A stretch of 53,144 bases of DNA, taken from assembly GCA_937880125.1 (NCBI GenBank), contig CALFLU010000031.1:1-53144 (forward strand), written 5' to 3'. The notes below the pieces were generated by a model that saw only the letters and a program-made list of their open reading frames with translations, was not told the DNA's origin and did not search any database. Below are positions 22,293 through 30,900 of the stretch, in pieces (positions within the stretch are counted from its first letter, which is position 1; each line of letters begins with the position of its first letter). Position numbers and translations under genes: made by a program. This stretch comes from an uncultured Eubacteriaceae bacterium. GTDB lineage: Bacteria > Bacillota > Clostridia > Eubacteriales > UBA1433.

Positions 22293-23154
22293 TGCACTGT
22301 GCGCAGGCGCAGACCAGTTGAGTAAGTGTGACGCCGACATTTCCGTGCCTCATTTGGAAGCGCAAATTCTTTTAAGTGCCGTTGTAAGTAAACCCAAGGA
22401 ATATCTAATTGCCTATGGCGAAGAAACGCTGAGTCAAGCGCAATGCGAAGGCTATTTTGAATCTGTTTGCCTGCGGTCACAAGGCATGCCCATGGCCTAT
22501 ATTCTCGGTTACAAAGAATTTATGAATTTGTCGTTTTTTGTGGACTCTTCTGTGCTGATTCCCCGAGACGATACGGAAATATTGGTGCGCTGCATGCTTG
22601 AAAAAGCCGCTTTTTTCAGCGGAGAAATTTCTGTATTAAACCTCGGTACCGGCAGCGGCTCTATCGAAGTCGCCCTTGCAAAAAACAACCCTCCCATGCG
22701 CATTATCGGCGTGGACAACGCCCCTGCCGCGCTGGCTGTCGCACAAAAAAACATTTCTTTTCACGATGTTTCACACCGCATCACATTGCATGAATCGGAC
22801 TTGTTTTCCTGTATGGCTCCCGATGCGGCCTTTGATATGATTTGCTCCAATCCGCCCTATATTTCTCATGAAGAAATGAAGCAGCTGCCTGTTGATGTTG
22901 CCCGCTATGAGCCGCAAAGCGCACTGTATGGCGGCATTGACGGCTTAGACTTTTATCGGCGCATTGCTGCTGAAGCCCAAAAATATTTACGCAGCGAAGG
23001 CATGCTTTTTTTGGAGATTGGCAGCAGTCAATCCTCTGCTGTCATGCAGCTGTTGAACACACATGGCTGGCGTAACACGGAAACGTTGTGTGACCTGCAA
23101 GGTCACATTCGTGTTCTTGTTGCACAAAAGCCAAAGGAGACGCAACATGGATAG
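22279..23154 (+). CDS. prmC: Release factor glutamine methyltransferase
   Basis: VLIPR.DTE, LGTGSG, NPPY, YEP..AL.GG.DGL. Confidence 0.93.
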   Translation: MNIRDALCAGADQLSKCDADISVPHLEAQILLSAVVSKPKEYLIAYGEETLSQAQCEGYFESVCLRSQGMPMAYILGYKEFMNLSFFVDSSVLIPRDDTEILVRCMLEKAAFFSGEISVLNLGTGSGSIEVALAKNNPPMRIIGVDNAPAALAVAQKNISFHDVSHRITLHESDLFSCMAPDAAFDMICSNPPYISHEEMKQLPVDVARYEPQSALYGGIDGLDFYRRIAAEAQKYLRSEGMLFLEIGSSQSSAVMQLLNTHGWRNTETLCDLQGHIRVLVAQKPKETQHG

Positions 23155-24274
23155 ACGAAAACTGACTTATATTCTGACAATCCTGCTTTCTGTTTTCTTT
23201 TTGTTTGCAGGAAACAAAATCGCCACCAACGACTACCCCTTTGGCCGCTCCGAAGAGGCCGACTCGCTGTTTAAAGCCACGGTGGTCTCGGTGCACAACG
23301 CTTCCGATGCCAACGCAGACTCACTATCGTTTCAGGCAAAATTTTTAAACGGACCCAACAAAGGTCAAACAATCTCTGCCCTGCAGCCCTTGAGTGCCAC
23401 CGCCGCCTCCATTCGCATTGTTGAGCCCGGCGATAAAATATTACTGCTGCACCAAAGCGGCTCGGCTCCCGGCGAATTTGGCTGGCACTATATTGAACAT
23501 ATCCGCAGCAATGCTGTTTTATACCTCGCTTTGGCGTTTGCGGCCGCACTGCTGTTGTTTGGACGCATGAAGGGACTAAATATTCTGCTTTCTCTCGTCT
23601 TTACTTTGATCGCTATTTTCGCCATTTTGCTTCCCGCCATTTTGTCGGGCAAAAACATCTATTATTGGTCGCTGCTCATTTCGCTGTTTATCGTGGTGAT
23701 GACGCTGCTTCTCACCAACGGTGCCAACGCCAAAAGCTTTGCCACGATACTTGGATGTTTGGGCGGCATTATGGTTGCGGGTCTGTTGATGCTGCTTATG
23801 GATAAACTGATTCATCTGACCGGCATTATCAATGAAGACTCCATTTATTTGCTTTATCTGAAAACAAAAAACCCCATCGATTTAAAGGCCATCGTCTTTG
23901 CCTCGGTCATTATCGGTGCCATCGGTGCCATCATGGATATTGCCATGGATATTTCCGCCTCGTTGCACGAAATTAAAAGCCAGCTCAAGCAGGCCGATGC
24001 CAAAACACTCATGCACTCAGGTATGACCATTGGCAGGGATATTTTGGGTACCATGGCAAACACGTTGGTTTTGGCCTATATCGGCAGCTCTCTTTCGGTG
24101 GTGCTTTTGCTGATGGCCTATAACCAATCGTTGATTCACCTGCTCAACCGCGAGTTGGTGATTGTGGAAATGCTGCAGATGCTCATCGGAAGCTTTGGCA
24201 TTTTATCCTCTATTCCGCTGACTTCTTATATCTGCTCAAAATTGTATACGAAAACGAAAAAAAGAACTCGTTAG
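23147..24274 (+). CDS. YibE/F family membrane protein
   Basis: Multi-TM; IGAIMDIA..I, GRDI.GTM.NTL.LAY.G motifs. AAGGAG SD. Confidence 0.88.
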   Translation: MDRRKLTYILTILLSVFFLFAGNKIATNDYPFGRSEEADSLFKATVVSVHNASDANADSLSFQAKFLNGPNKGQTISALQPLSATAASIRIVEPGDKILLLHQSGSAPGEFGWHYIEHIRSNAVLYLALAFAAALLLFGRMKGLNILLSLVFTLIAIFAILLPAILSGKNIYYWSLLISLFIVVMTLLLTNGANAKSFATILGCLGGIMVAGLLMLLMDKLIHLTGIINEDSIYLLYLKTKNPIDLKAIVFASVIIGAIGAIMDIAMDISASLHEIKSQLKQADAKTLMHSGMTIGRDILGTMANTLVLAYIGSSLSVVLLLMAYNQSLIHLLNRELVIVEMLQMLIGSFGILSSIPLTSYICSKLYTKTKKRTR

Positions 24275-24284
24275 AGTTCTTTTT
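24257..24284. terminator. Bidirectional intrinsic terminator
   Basis: AAAAAGAACTC-GTTA-GAGTTCTTTTT. Confidence 0.7.
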
Positions 24285-24660
24285 ATTTTACGGCAATGAC
24301 TTCTATCTCCACCTTGCCTCCCAAGGGCAGTGCCCCGACCTCATAGGCGGCCCGCGCCGGATAGTCTGTTGTAAAATACGTCTTGTAAATGCGGTTAACC
24401 GCAACAAAATCTTCTATGTCTGCCAAAAACACCGTTGCCTTCACCACATTGTCCATGACGTAGCCTGCCGCTTCAACAATGGCGCGCACATTTTTGAGCA
24501 CTTGCTCCGCTTGTGCGGTTGTCTCTTCGCTCACAAGGCTGCCTGTGGCAGGATCAATGCCCAGCTGCCCTGATACAAAAAGCATATTGCCTGTATCAAC
24601 TGCCTGTGAATAGGGTCCCACCGCCTTGGGCGCGTGGGGCGTATCAATGATTTTTTTCAT
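24283..24660 (-). CDS. ridA: RidA family reactive intermediate deaminase
   Basis: AP.AVGPYSQA, SGQL, PARA, LP.G.KVEIE. Confidence 0.92.
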   Translation of the reverse strand: MKKIIDTPHAPKAVGPYSQAVDTGNMLFVSGQLGIDPATGSLVSEETTAQAEQVLKNVRAIVEAAGYVMDNVVKATVFLADIEDFVAVNRIYKTYFTTDYPARAAYEVGALPLGGKVEIEVIAVK

Positions 24661-24680
24661 CTTTTCCTCCGCCTTTTTCC

Positions 24681-25475
24681 TTAATCGTTCAAAAACAATT
24701 TGGCTTCTTCCAGCTTATTGAGCTTCAACTCCAACCTTTTAATGCTCGCCACATATTCAAACATATCCGCCGTCGTGTAAAGATGCGTATATTTTTCGCC
24801 GTCACTGTCGTTTTGCATATGGTTTCGTTCCAAATATTTTTTCAGCTCTTTTACCTGTCGCACCGCGGGATCCACCAGCCGCAGCGAGGGATAGAGTGTT
24901 TTAATTTCCTTTTCGATAATGGGAAAGTGACTGCACCCCAATATCAGCGTCTGCACATCTTCTTTATAGATAGGATCAATGCTCTCCTTAATCAACATAT
25001 ACAGCAAAATGGCATTTTCCATTTGACTGTTGATTACCTTTGGCAAGCGGCTGCTGTCGTTGGCAATGATTTTTTTATCCGGCGCAATTTTTTTCATAGT
25101 TTTTTCATAAATACCGCTTTTGACGGTTGCTACTGTTGCAATAAGCCCAATGGTCTTTTCTTTTTTTGCCACCTCCGCCGCTTCTTGGCAACCATACTCC
25201 ACAATGCCGAACAACGGTGTGTGCGACTGCAATTTTTCGATTTGCGACGATACCGTATTGCAGGCAATGACAATGGCCTTGACCTCTTTTTCTTCTAAAA
25301 ATTGAATAATGGCGTTGGCATATTCCACCACTTCTCGGTAGGTGCGGTTTCCATAGGGCATTCTTAGCGAGTCGCCGAAATAAACAATATTTTCATTTGG
25401 CAGCATCTGCTGAATTTGCTTGACTGCCGTGAGCCCACCCACACCCGAATCCATCACACCGATTGCCTTTTGCAT
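24681..25475 (-). CDS. murI: Glutamate racemase
   Basis: DSGVGG, PYG, IACNT and LGCSHFP (both catalytic cysteines present). Confidence 0.85.
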   Translation of the reverse strand: MQKAIGVMDSGVGGLTAVKQIQQMLPNENIVYFGDSLRMPYGNRTYREVVEYANAIIQFLEEKEVKAIVIACNTVSSQIEKLQSHTPLFGIVEYGCQEAAEVAKKEKTIGLIATVATVKSGIYEKTMKKIAPDKKIIANDSSRLPKVINSQMENAILLYMLIKESIDPIYKEDVQTLILGCSHFPIIEKEIKTLYPSLRLVDPAVRQVKELKKYLERNHMQNDSDGEKYTHLYTTADMFEYVASIKRLELKLNKLEEAKLFLND

Positions 25476-25644
25476 ATGTTTCGTCTCCTTTAGTCCCTGA
25501 TGCTCCTATTATAATACAGTTGCGCTGATTTGAAAACAGGGTTTTCAAGCGCCTCCTTCAAAAAAAGTGGCGGATTTCTTTGAAAATAGTATATAATGGA
25601 CCATACTTCTATCTTTAAAAATTTTCAATAAAGGATGTGGTTGT

Positions 25645-26433
25645 ATGAGCAAAGTCTTGCGCAAACAGCATCGACGCCTGAGGCGGCAGGAAGACAAAAT
25701 TCTCAATAAAAAACCCAACCCATACATGCAGTCAACCATCGCGCCCGCTTTAGAAAAAATAGAGAGCAAAATACCCGCCAAGCTACAATCGACATTGGAA
25801 TCCGCCTTTTATAAGTCTTTTCAACTCGTTTTTGAAAAAGGCACGCAATACATAGAAAAAACTTACAATAAAGATAAAATCCAAATGGAGCACGACGTGC
25901 ACAACTATGCAATGGAGCAAAAAATCACACGAAAACACGTGCGCAATGTAGACAGCCGCTCCAGGCTTTCCCGCCTTTTCAACACGTCGCTTTCAACGCT
26001 GGAAGGCACGGTGTTGGGCATTTTGGGCGTGGGCATACCCGATATTTTCCTCTTTACCGCACTTTTGATGCGCACCGTTTATGAAGTGGCGCTCAGTTAC
26101 GGCTATGATTATAACCAAGAGACGGAGCAAATCTATATTTTGCTTCTGCTCTCTACTGCCATGGCGGCACCGGAGGATAAAAAAGCCCTCAATGCCCGCC
26201 TTGATAAGTTGGGCGAGGCCATTGACCGAAAGCAGCCGATTAACATAGATTTGCAGCAGGTGATGCGCGAGGCATCCGATACTTTATCTGCCTCCATGCT
26301 CACCGCCAAATTCATTCAAACCATTCCCATTGTGGGCGTGGTCGGCGGCGCCGTCAATTATCACATTTCACGTAAAATCGGAAAATTTGCCTCCATCAAA
26401 TATAAGAAACGCTATTTGACACAAAAGGCATAA
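25645..26433 (+). CDS. EcsC family protein
   Basis: EG..LG.LG.GIPD, A.SYGYD, IPIVG.VGG.VN...Y.KR.L pattern. Confidence 0.8.
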   Translation: MSKVLRKQHRRLRRQEDKILNKKPNPYMQSTIAPALEKIESKIPAKLQSTLESAFYKSFQLVFEKGTQYIEKTYNKDKIQMEHDVHNYAMEQKITRKHVRNVDSRSRLSRLFNTSLSTLEGTVLGILGVGIPDIFLFTALLMRTVYEVALSYGYDYNQETEQIYILLLLSTAMAAPEDKKALNARLDKLGEAIDRKQPINIDLQQVMREASDTLSASMLTAKFIQTIPIVGVVGGAVNYHISRKIGKFASIKYKKRYLTQKA

Positions 26434-26542
26434 TACCTGCCAAACCGTTTATTTGTCGGTTCTTTGTTTTGTGCTGTTTGCAAATGTTGCATACAAAAAC
26501 CGCCTAAACATAAATCACAGAGCATAGGAAAAGGATAACAAA

Positions 26543-27622
26543 ATGGACAAAATTCATGTAACACTCGATCAACTTTATCAATTGGCTCACAAAACCCTGT
26601 TAATGATGGGTATAGAGCCTTCTTTGGCAAAACGCGGAGCGCTTACGCTCAATGCCGCGGACGCACGCGGTGTTGACTCCCACGGTGTTGCCAGACTAAA
26701 CTTTTACGACAAATGCATCGCCCGAGGCGAAATCAACCCCAACCCCAATATTCGTATCATCAAAGAAACCCCCGTTTCCGCTTTCTTTGATTGTGACAAC
26801 GGCATTGGCATTGCCACGGCTGATTTGGTCATGGACAAAGCCATTTCCCTGGCGAAGCATAGCGGTATTGGCATTTGCAGCGCCATCAACGGTCACCACA
26901 TCGGTGTAGCGGGGCACTATGCGCTCAAAGCTGCCGAGCAAGACCTCATCGGCTTTGCCTGCGCCCCTTCGCGCATGATGGTTGCCCCCACGGGCGGCAA
27001 AGAAAAGATGTTAGGCAACAGCCCCAACAGTTTAGCCTTTCCCGCGGGACTCAGCACACCGCCTATTTTGATGGATATGGCTTCTACCACCGTGCCCGCA
27101 GGCAAGGTGGAAATGGCGGTTCGCCGCGGAGAGCAAGTGCCCATTGGCTGGATTCTGGACAAAGACGGCAACGACACCACCGATCCCGCTGATTTTCAAA
27201 ACACCGACACCGGCGAAGTACCCGGCTCCCTCCTGCCCATGGCAGGGGCAAAGGGATATTGCATCATCGTCATGATTGAGCTTCTCTCCTCTATCTTATC
27301 GGGAGCCAAAACAGGCCCGCATTTGGCAACAGGCGGAGGCGGAATGGGCTTTTTTGCCGCAGCTGTTGACCCTGAAATCATTCGTCCGATTGCTGAGTTG
27401 AAAAAAGATTTGGACGATTATTATTACATGATTAAACATTCCGAAAAAAAGCAAAACGTCAAAGAAATTTATCTGCCGGGTGAAATCGAACACAACCAAA
27501 CAGCAAAACGCAGAAAGCAAGGTGTAGATTTAAGCGCTGTCGTGGCAGGTGAAGTATTGAAATTACATCAAAAATACGGCCGCCTCAGCGCCGAGGCAGG
27601 CATTGAAGACTTGTTTCAATAA
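26543..27622 (+). CDS. Ldh_2 family (type-2 malate/L-lactate/sulfolactate) oxidoreductase
   Basis: ADARGVDSHG, H.G..GHY, DMAST....GK, T.DP, KGY, LPGE. Confidence 0.9.
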   Translation: MDKIHVTLDQLYQLAHKTLLMMGIEPSLAKRGALTLNAADARGVDSHGVARLNFYDKCIARGEINPNPNIRIIKETPVSAFFDCDNGIGIATADLVMDKAISLAKHSGIGICSAINGHHIGVAGHYALKAAEQDLIGFACAPSRMMVAPTGGKEKMLGNSPNSLAFPAGLSTPPILMDMASTTVPAGKVEMAVRRGEQVPIGWILDKDGNDTTDPADFQNTDTGEVPGSLLPMAGAKGYCIIVMIELLSSILSGAKTGPHLATGGGGMGFFAAAVDPEIIRPIAELKKDLDDYYYMIKHSEKKQNVKEIYLPGEIEHNQTAKRRKQGVDLSAVVAGEVLKLHQKYGRLSAEAGIEDLFQ

Positions 27623-27650
27623 AAAAAGATGCTTTAGGGCATCTTTTTTT
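27621..27650. terminator. Bidirectional intrinsic terminator
   Basis: AAAAAAAGATGC-TTTAGG-GCATCTTTTTTT. Confidence 0.75.
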
Positions 27651-27721
27651 ATGTCTGTATATGATTGATTTTTTACATGCGATTTGTGCTGCCTATAAAA
27701 CTATTTTATACGGTCTCTTCA

Positions 27722-28970
27722 TTATGCAGGCCTTTTTGCTCCGCTTTTGGCAGATACCACAAACGCGATCAACACAGCCAACAGCATCATGATTGCCAAG
27801 ACAATAAAATTGAGCGAGTAATCTTGGTTTAAATCAAACAAAATACCGTTGATGGTGCCGCCCAGGGCAGATGCAAAGATATAAAACATCGATATTTTCG
27901 CATAAATCAAACTGTAATCTTTTCCTCCGAACACCGCCTGTGAAATAACCGGTGTGGAGATGGTGGGCACCGAAAAATATGTGCCCATGCACGCTGCAAC
28001 CAGTGCACTGAACAAAAACAGATTATTTGGATTTGCCTTGAGCACATACCACACCAACACCGCCGCAGTCAACCCGAACAACGAAAAGAAACTCACCGAA
28101 ACCCTTTACCCAGCCGTTGGTCATTTTGGCAAGCATCATCGAAATACTCGCCACCGAAGCCACAATACCCGTTTTTAAAAAGTCCACGCCCAGGCTGGCA
28201 GCCAGGTTGGGAATATGCGTTTGAAAAGAAACACCATAACCCACGCAGACCGCAAAAGCCGCTATCAAGTAAAACAACGGATTTTTGTAGGCATCTGCCG
28301 CGTTCATTCCACGCTCTTCCACTTGAATAGACCTGTCTGTCACCTTTTTTTCGTCTGTCGCATTGTCTTGTCCGTAGCGTGTTAAGCCTTTATCGGCAGG
28401 CTTTGTGCGAATCAACAATGCCGTAAAGGGTAAACTGCCCGCCAAAATGGCCACGCCGAGTACAATGTAGGTAAAGCGCCATCCGTAAGCGGCAATCAGC
28501 GCTGTGCACACAGGCTGCATCACCGCCGCGCCTACCCCCGAAAAAGCCAGGGCAACGCCGGTGAGCGTGGCGACTTTTTTATAAAACCACTGCTGTACCA
28601 ATATAGGAATAAACATAATCAATGTAACGGCCGCTGCCATGCCCATAAAGACTGCCGAGATGTAAAAGCCGACGATGGATTGATACAATCCCATCATTAT
28701 CTGCGCAAGGCTTTGAATAAGCACCGCGGCCGACAATATCAATCGATGGTCATATCGCTTTAATAACCGTCCGACCATCGGAAGAAACAAAAAAATCGAC
28801 AGACTCATAATCGTAAAAAAAATAGAAAATTTTGTCGCCGAAATTTCTAATTCCGTAATCACCGGCCGCAAAAATACCCCCTGCGTGCCCAGCGCACCGG
28901 AAGAAAAAAACGCAATGGCGATACACGATATCCATACCCACCAGGCATAGTGTATTTTTTTCTTATTCAT
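27722..28970 (-). pseudogene. MFS transporter (OFA/MCT-like), frameshifted near 28100
   Basis: 28970-~28105 encodes the N-terminal TM segments and a different frame (28096-27722) encodes the last four. The second frame has a stop just upstream of the junction. Confidence 0.8.
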
Positions 28971-29053
28971 ATTTATTTCCTCTCTATTCTATGGATGCGT
29001 TTTATCTGCATCTGCTGAGCGACAAAGCCACATCCGGGCAACACCTGTCACGA

Positions 29054-29236
29054 TTATTTTCTTTGATTCTCTTTTAAACCCGCGTTCATCGACTCATTTT
29101 CTATGCAGAGGTTGCATTCCATTTCGCCCTTTGCCTGCTGCATCTGCTCAAATTGCGCCGCATTCCAATTGCAGCATCGATAGTTGACAACCTTGCGGGC
29201 AATGTCCTTGACCATCTTTTTTGTATTTTCTTTCAT
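29054..29236 (-). CDS. Small hypothetical protein (60 aa), paralog of 35805-35951
   Basis: GAGGTGGGG SD before ATG; MKENTKKMVKDIARKVVNYRCCNW... Confidence 0.65.
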   Translation of the reverse strand: MKENTKKMVKDIARKVVNYRCCNWNAAQFEQMQQAKGEMECNLCIENESMNAGLKENQRK

Positions 29237-29285
29237 ATCCCCACCTCTTTGCATCATTTTTATCCCATCATAACAGCAAGTTACA

Positions 29286-29327
29286 ATAAACAAGGGATAA
29301 AACCGATTTTCTCGTCTTTATCCCTTG
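29286..29327 (-). terminator. Probable terminator after the dehydrogenase gene
   Basis: CAAGGGATAAA...TTTATCCCTTG inverted repeat followed by TTTATT on the minus strand. Confidence 0.55.
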
Positions 29328-29349
29328 CCCGATATTGAATGATTGTGCT

Positions 29350-30330
29350 TTATTCGCCCAACAAAGCTTTTTTGTTCACGGCGTTTTTCGGTATTTCTCC
29401 CCTTAGAACCTTCACTGCGCTGGCAACTACTTTGTCGCGCAATTCTTCAAAAGATTCTTCACTGTGGAATCCGAAGTGTGGGGTCAAAATAACATTTTCA
29501 TATTGGAAAATGCGGTCGTTTAAGTCTGTCAGCGGCTCAATTTCCAAAACATCCAGCCCTGCGGCTTTGACTATTCCCGCATCCATTGCGTCAAGCAAAT
29601 CGGATTGATTGATCAACGGACCGCGCGATGTGTTGACAATAATTACGCCCTTTTTCATCATGGCAAATTTTTCTTTGTTGATGAGATAGCGCGTCTCGTC
29701 GCTGAGCGGCACGTGAACAGAGATGACATCTGCCGTTTTGCACAGCTCTTCCATGCTGACTTTTCTCACGCCGTTTTGTTCAAACATTTCGTCCGCCAAA
29801 TAAGGGTCATAGGCAATCATATCAAAGCCAAAGCCCTTCATGTATTGTGCAGTCTGGCGCGCAATATGCCCAAAACCGCAAAGACCAAAGGTGAGTGTGG
29901 AAAAACGGTGTACATTATATTTGCCGGCACCGCCAAAGAGCCATTGCCCTTTGCGTATATAGCGGTCTCGCAGTGTCACTTGACGCAGGCAATCCAATGC
30001 CAGCGCAGCAGCGTGTCCCGCCACTTCTTCAAAACAATAGTCAGGGATATTGCAAACAGCAATCCCTTTTTCATTACAGGCTTGTACGTCAATGTTATCA
30101 AAGCCTATCCCATAGCGCACGATGACTTTGCATTTTTCGAGTTTTTCAATGATATGTCGCGGAAATTTATACAGCATTACAAGAATTGCGTCCGCGTCTT
30201 TGCATTCTGCAATCAATTCTTCGTCATTGTTTACATTGGCATCTACAAATGTGATGCCCTCTTTTGCAAACGCGTCTTTTTCCTTTTTCGGGTCCAATAA
30301 TCCATGGTTATCCACAAATACAGCTTTCAT
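29350..30330 (-). CDS. D-isomer-specific 2-hydroxyacid dehydrogenase (CtBP-like)
   Basis: RYGIGFDNID, PDYC.EEVA, GFGHIA, NTSRG, LDVLE.EP, TPH. Confidence 0.92.
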   Translation of the reverse strand: MKAVFVDNHGLLDPKKEKDAFAKEGITFVDANVNNDEELIAECKDADAILVMLYKFPRHIIEKLEKCKVIVRYGIGFDNIDVQACNEKGIAVCNIPDYCFEEVAGHAAALALDCLRQVTLRDRYIRKGQWLFGGAGKYNVHRFSTLTFGLCGFGHIARQTAQYMKGFGFDMIAYDPYLADEMFEQNGVRKVSMEELCKTADVISVHVPLSDETRYLINKEKFAMMKKGVIIVNTSRGPLINQSDLLDAMDAGIVKAAGLDVLEIEPLTDLNDRIFQYENVILTPHFGFHSEESFEELRDKVVASAVKVLRGEIPKNAVNKKALLGE

Positions 30331-30508
30331 AAATATCTCCCCTTGCTTTATAAAATTTGTTTTATATTAACATATTATTATCCTTTCTTCCAATGTTTTA
30401 TGATTTATCCCGCAGATAAACAACTTTTTCTGCCGAAATATAACCTGTTTCATTGAAACAAGCACTGCGGCGGCGGTGACATGGCGGAAATATTTACTGT
30501 TCTGCTTC

Positions 30509-30738
30509 TTGTTCATTGAAGCTGACGAAAGACGCTTTTAATTATTCCCTACATTGATGATGTCGTGCAAATGACCACCGATAACTACCCTTTCCCCGAA
30601 AAGGTATTATCGGCGGAACACAACGAAATGTTTGATGCCATCAAGGCAAAAGATATGGACCGGGTGTTTCAGGCCTATACACACCATCTCTTTGAAGGTG
30701 AAGATGCCATGACAAAACTCGCAAAATGGAGTTTGTAA
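30509..30738 (+). pseudogene. Remnant of a GntR/FadR-family regulator (FCD domain tail)
   Basis: Start-less frame 30526-30738 reads ...SAEHNEMFDAIKAKDMDRVFQAYTHHL..., the FCD EH..I.DAI...D......HL pattern. An adjacent frame has LFIEADER. No HTH found upstream. Confidence 0.55.
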
Positions 30739-30832
30739 AAAATCGTCATTTGCTATTTTCTACTGCCTGGTAGCATAGGCACAATGATTGGAGCCACTGT
30801 ATTATTTTTCGGAAATTCTTTTTATAAAAATA

Positions 30833-30858
30833 AAAGACGGCAGGTATCTGCCGTCTTT
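30833..30858. terminator. Intrinsic terminator between convergent genes
   Basis: AAAGACGGCAG-GTAT-CTGCCGTCTTT. Confidence 0.75.
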
Positions 30859-30900
30859 ATTCATTCTTCAATTTATCTATGGATTTATCCGCCTGCTTTT

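Noticed and set aside
24681-25475. murI with GCSHF instead of GCTHY as a novel racemase
   Set aside because: Conservative changes; both catalytic Cys and the substrate motifs are retained.
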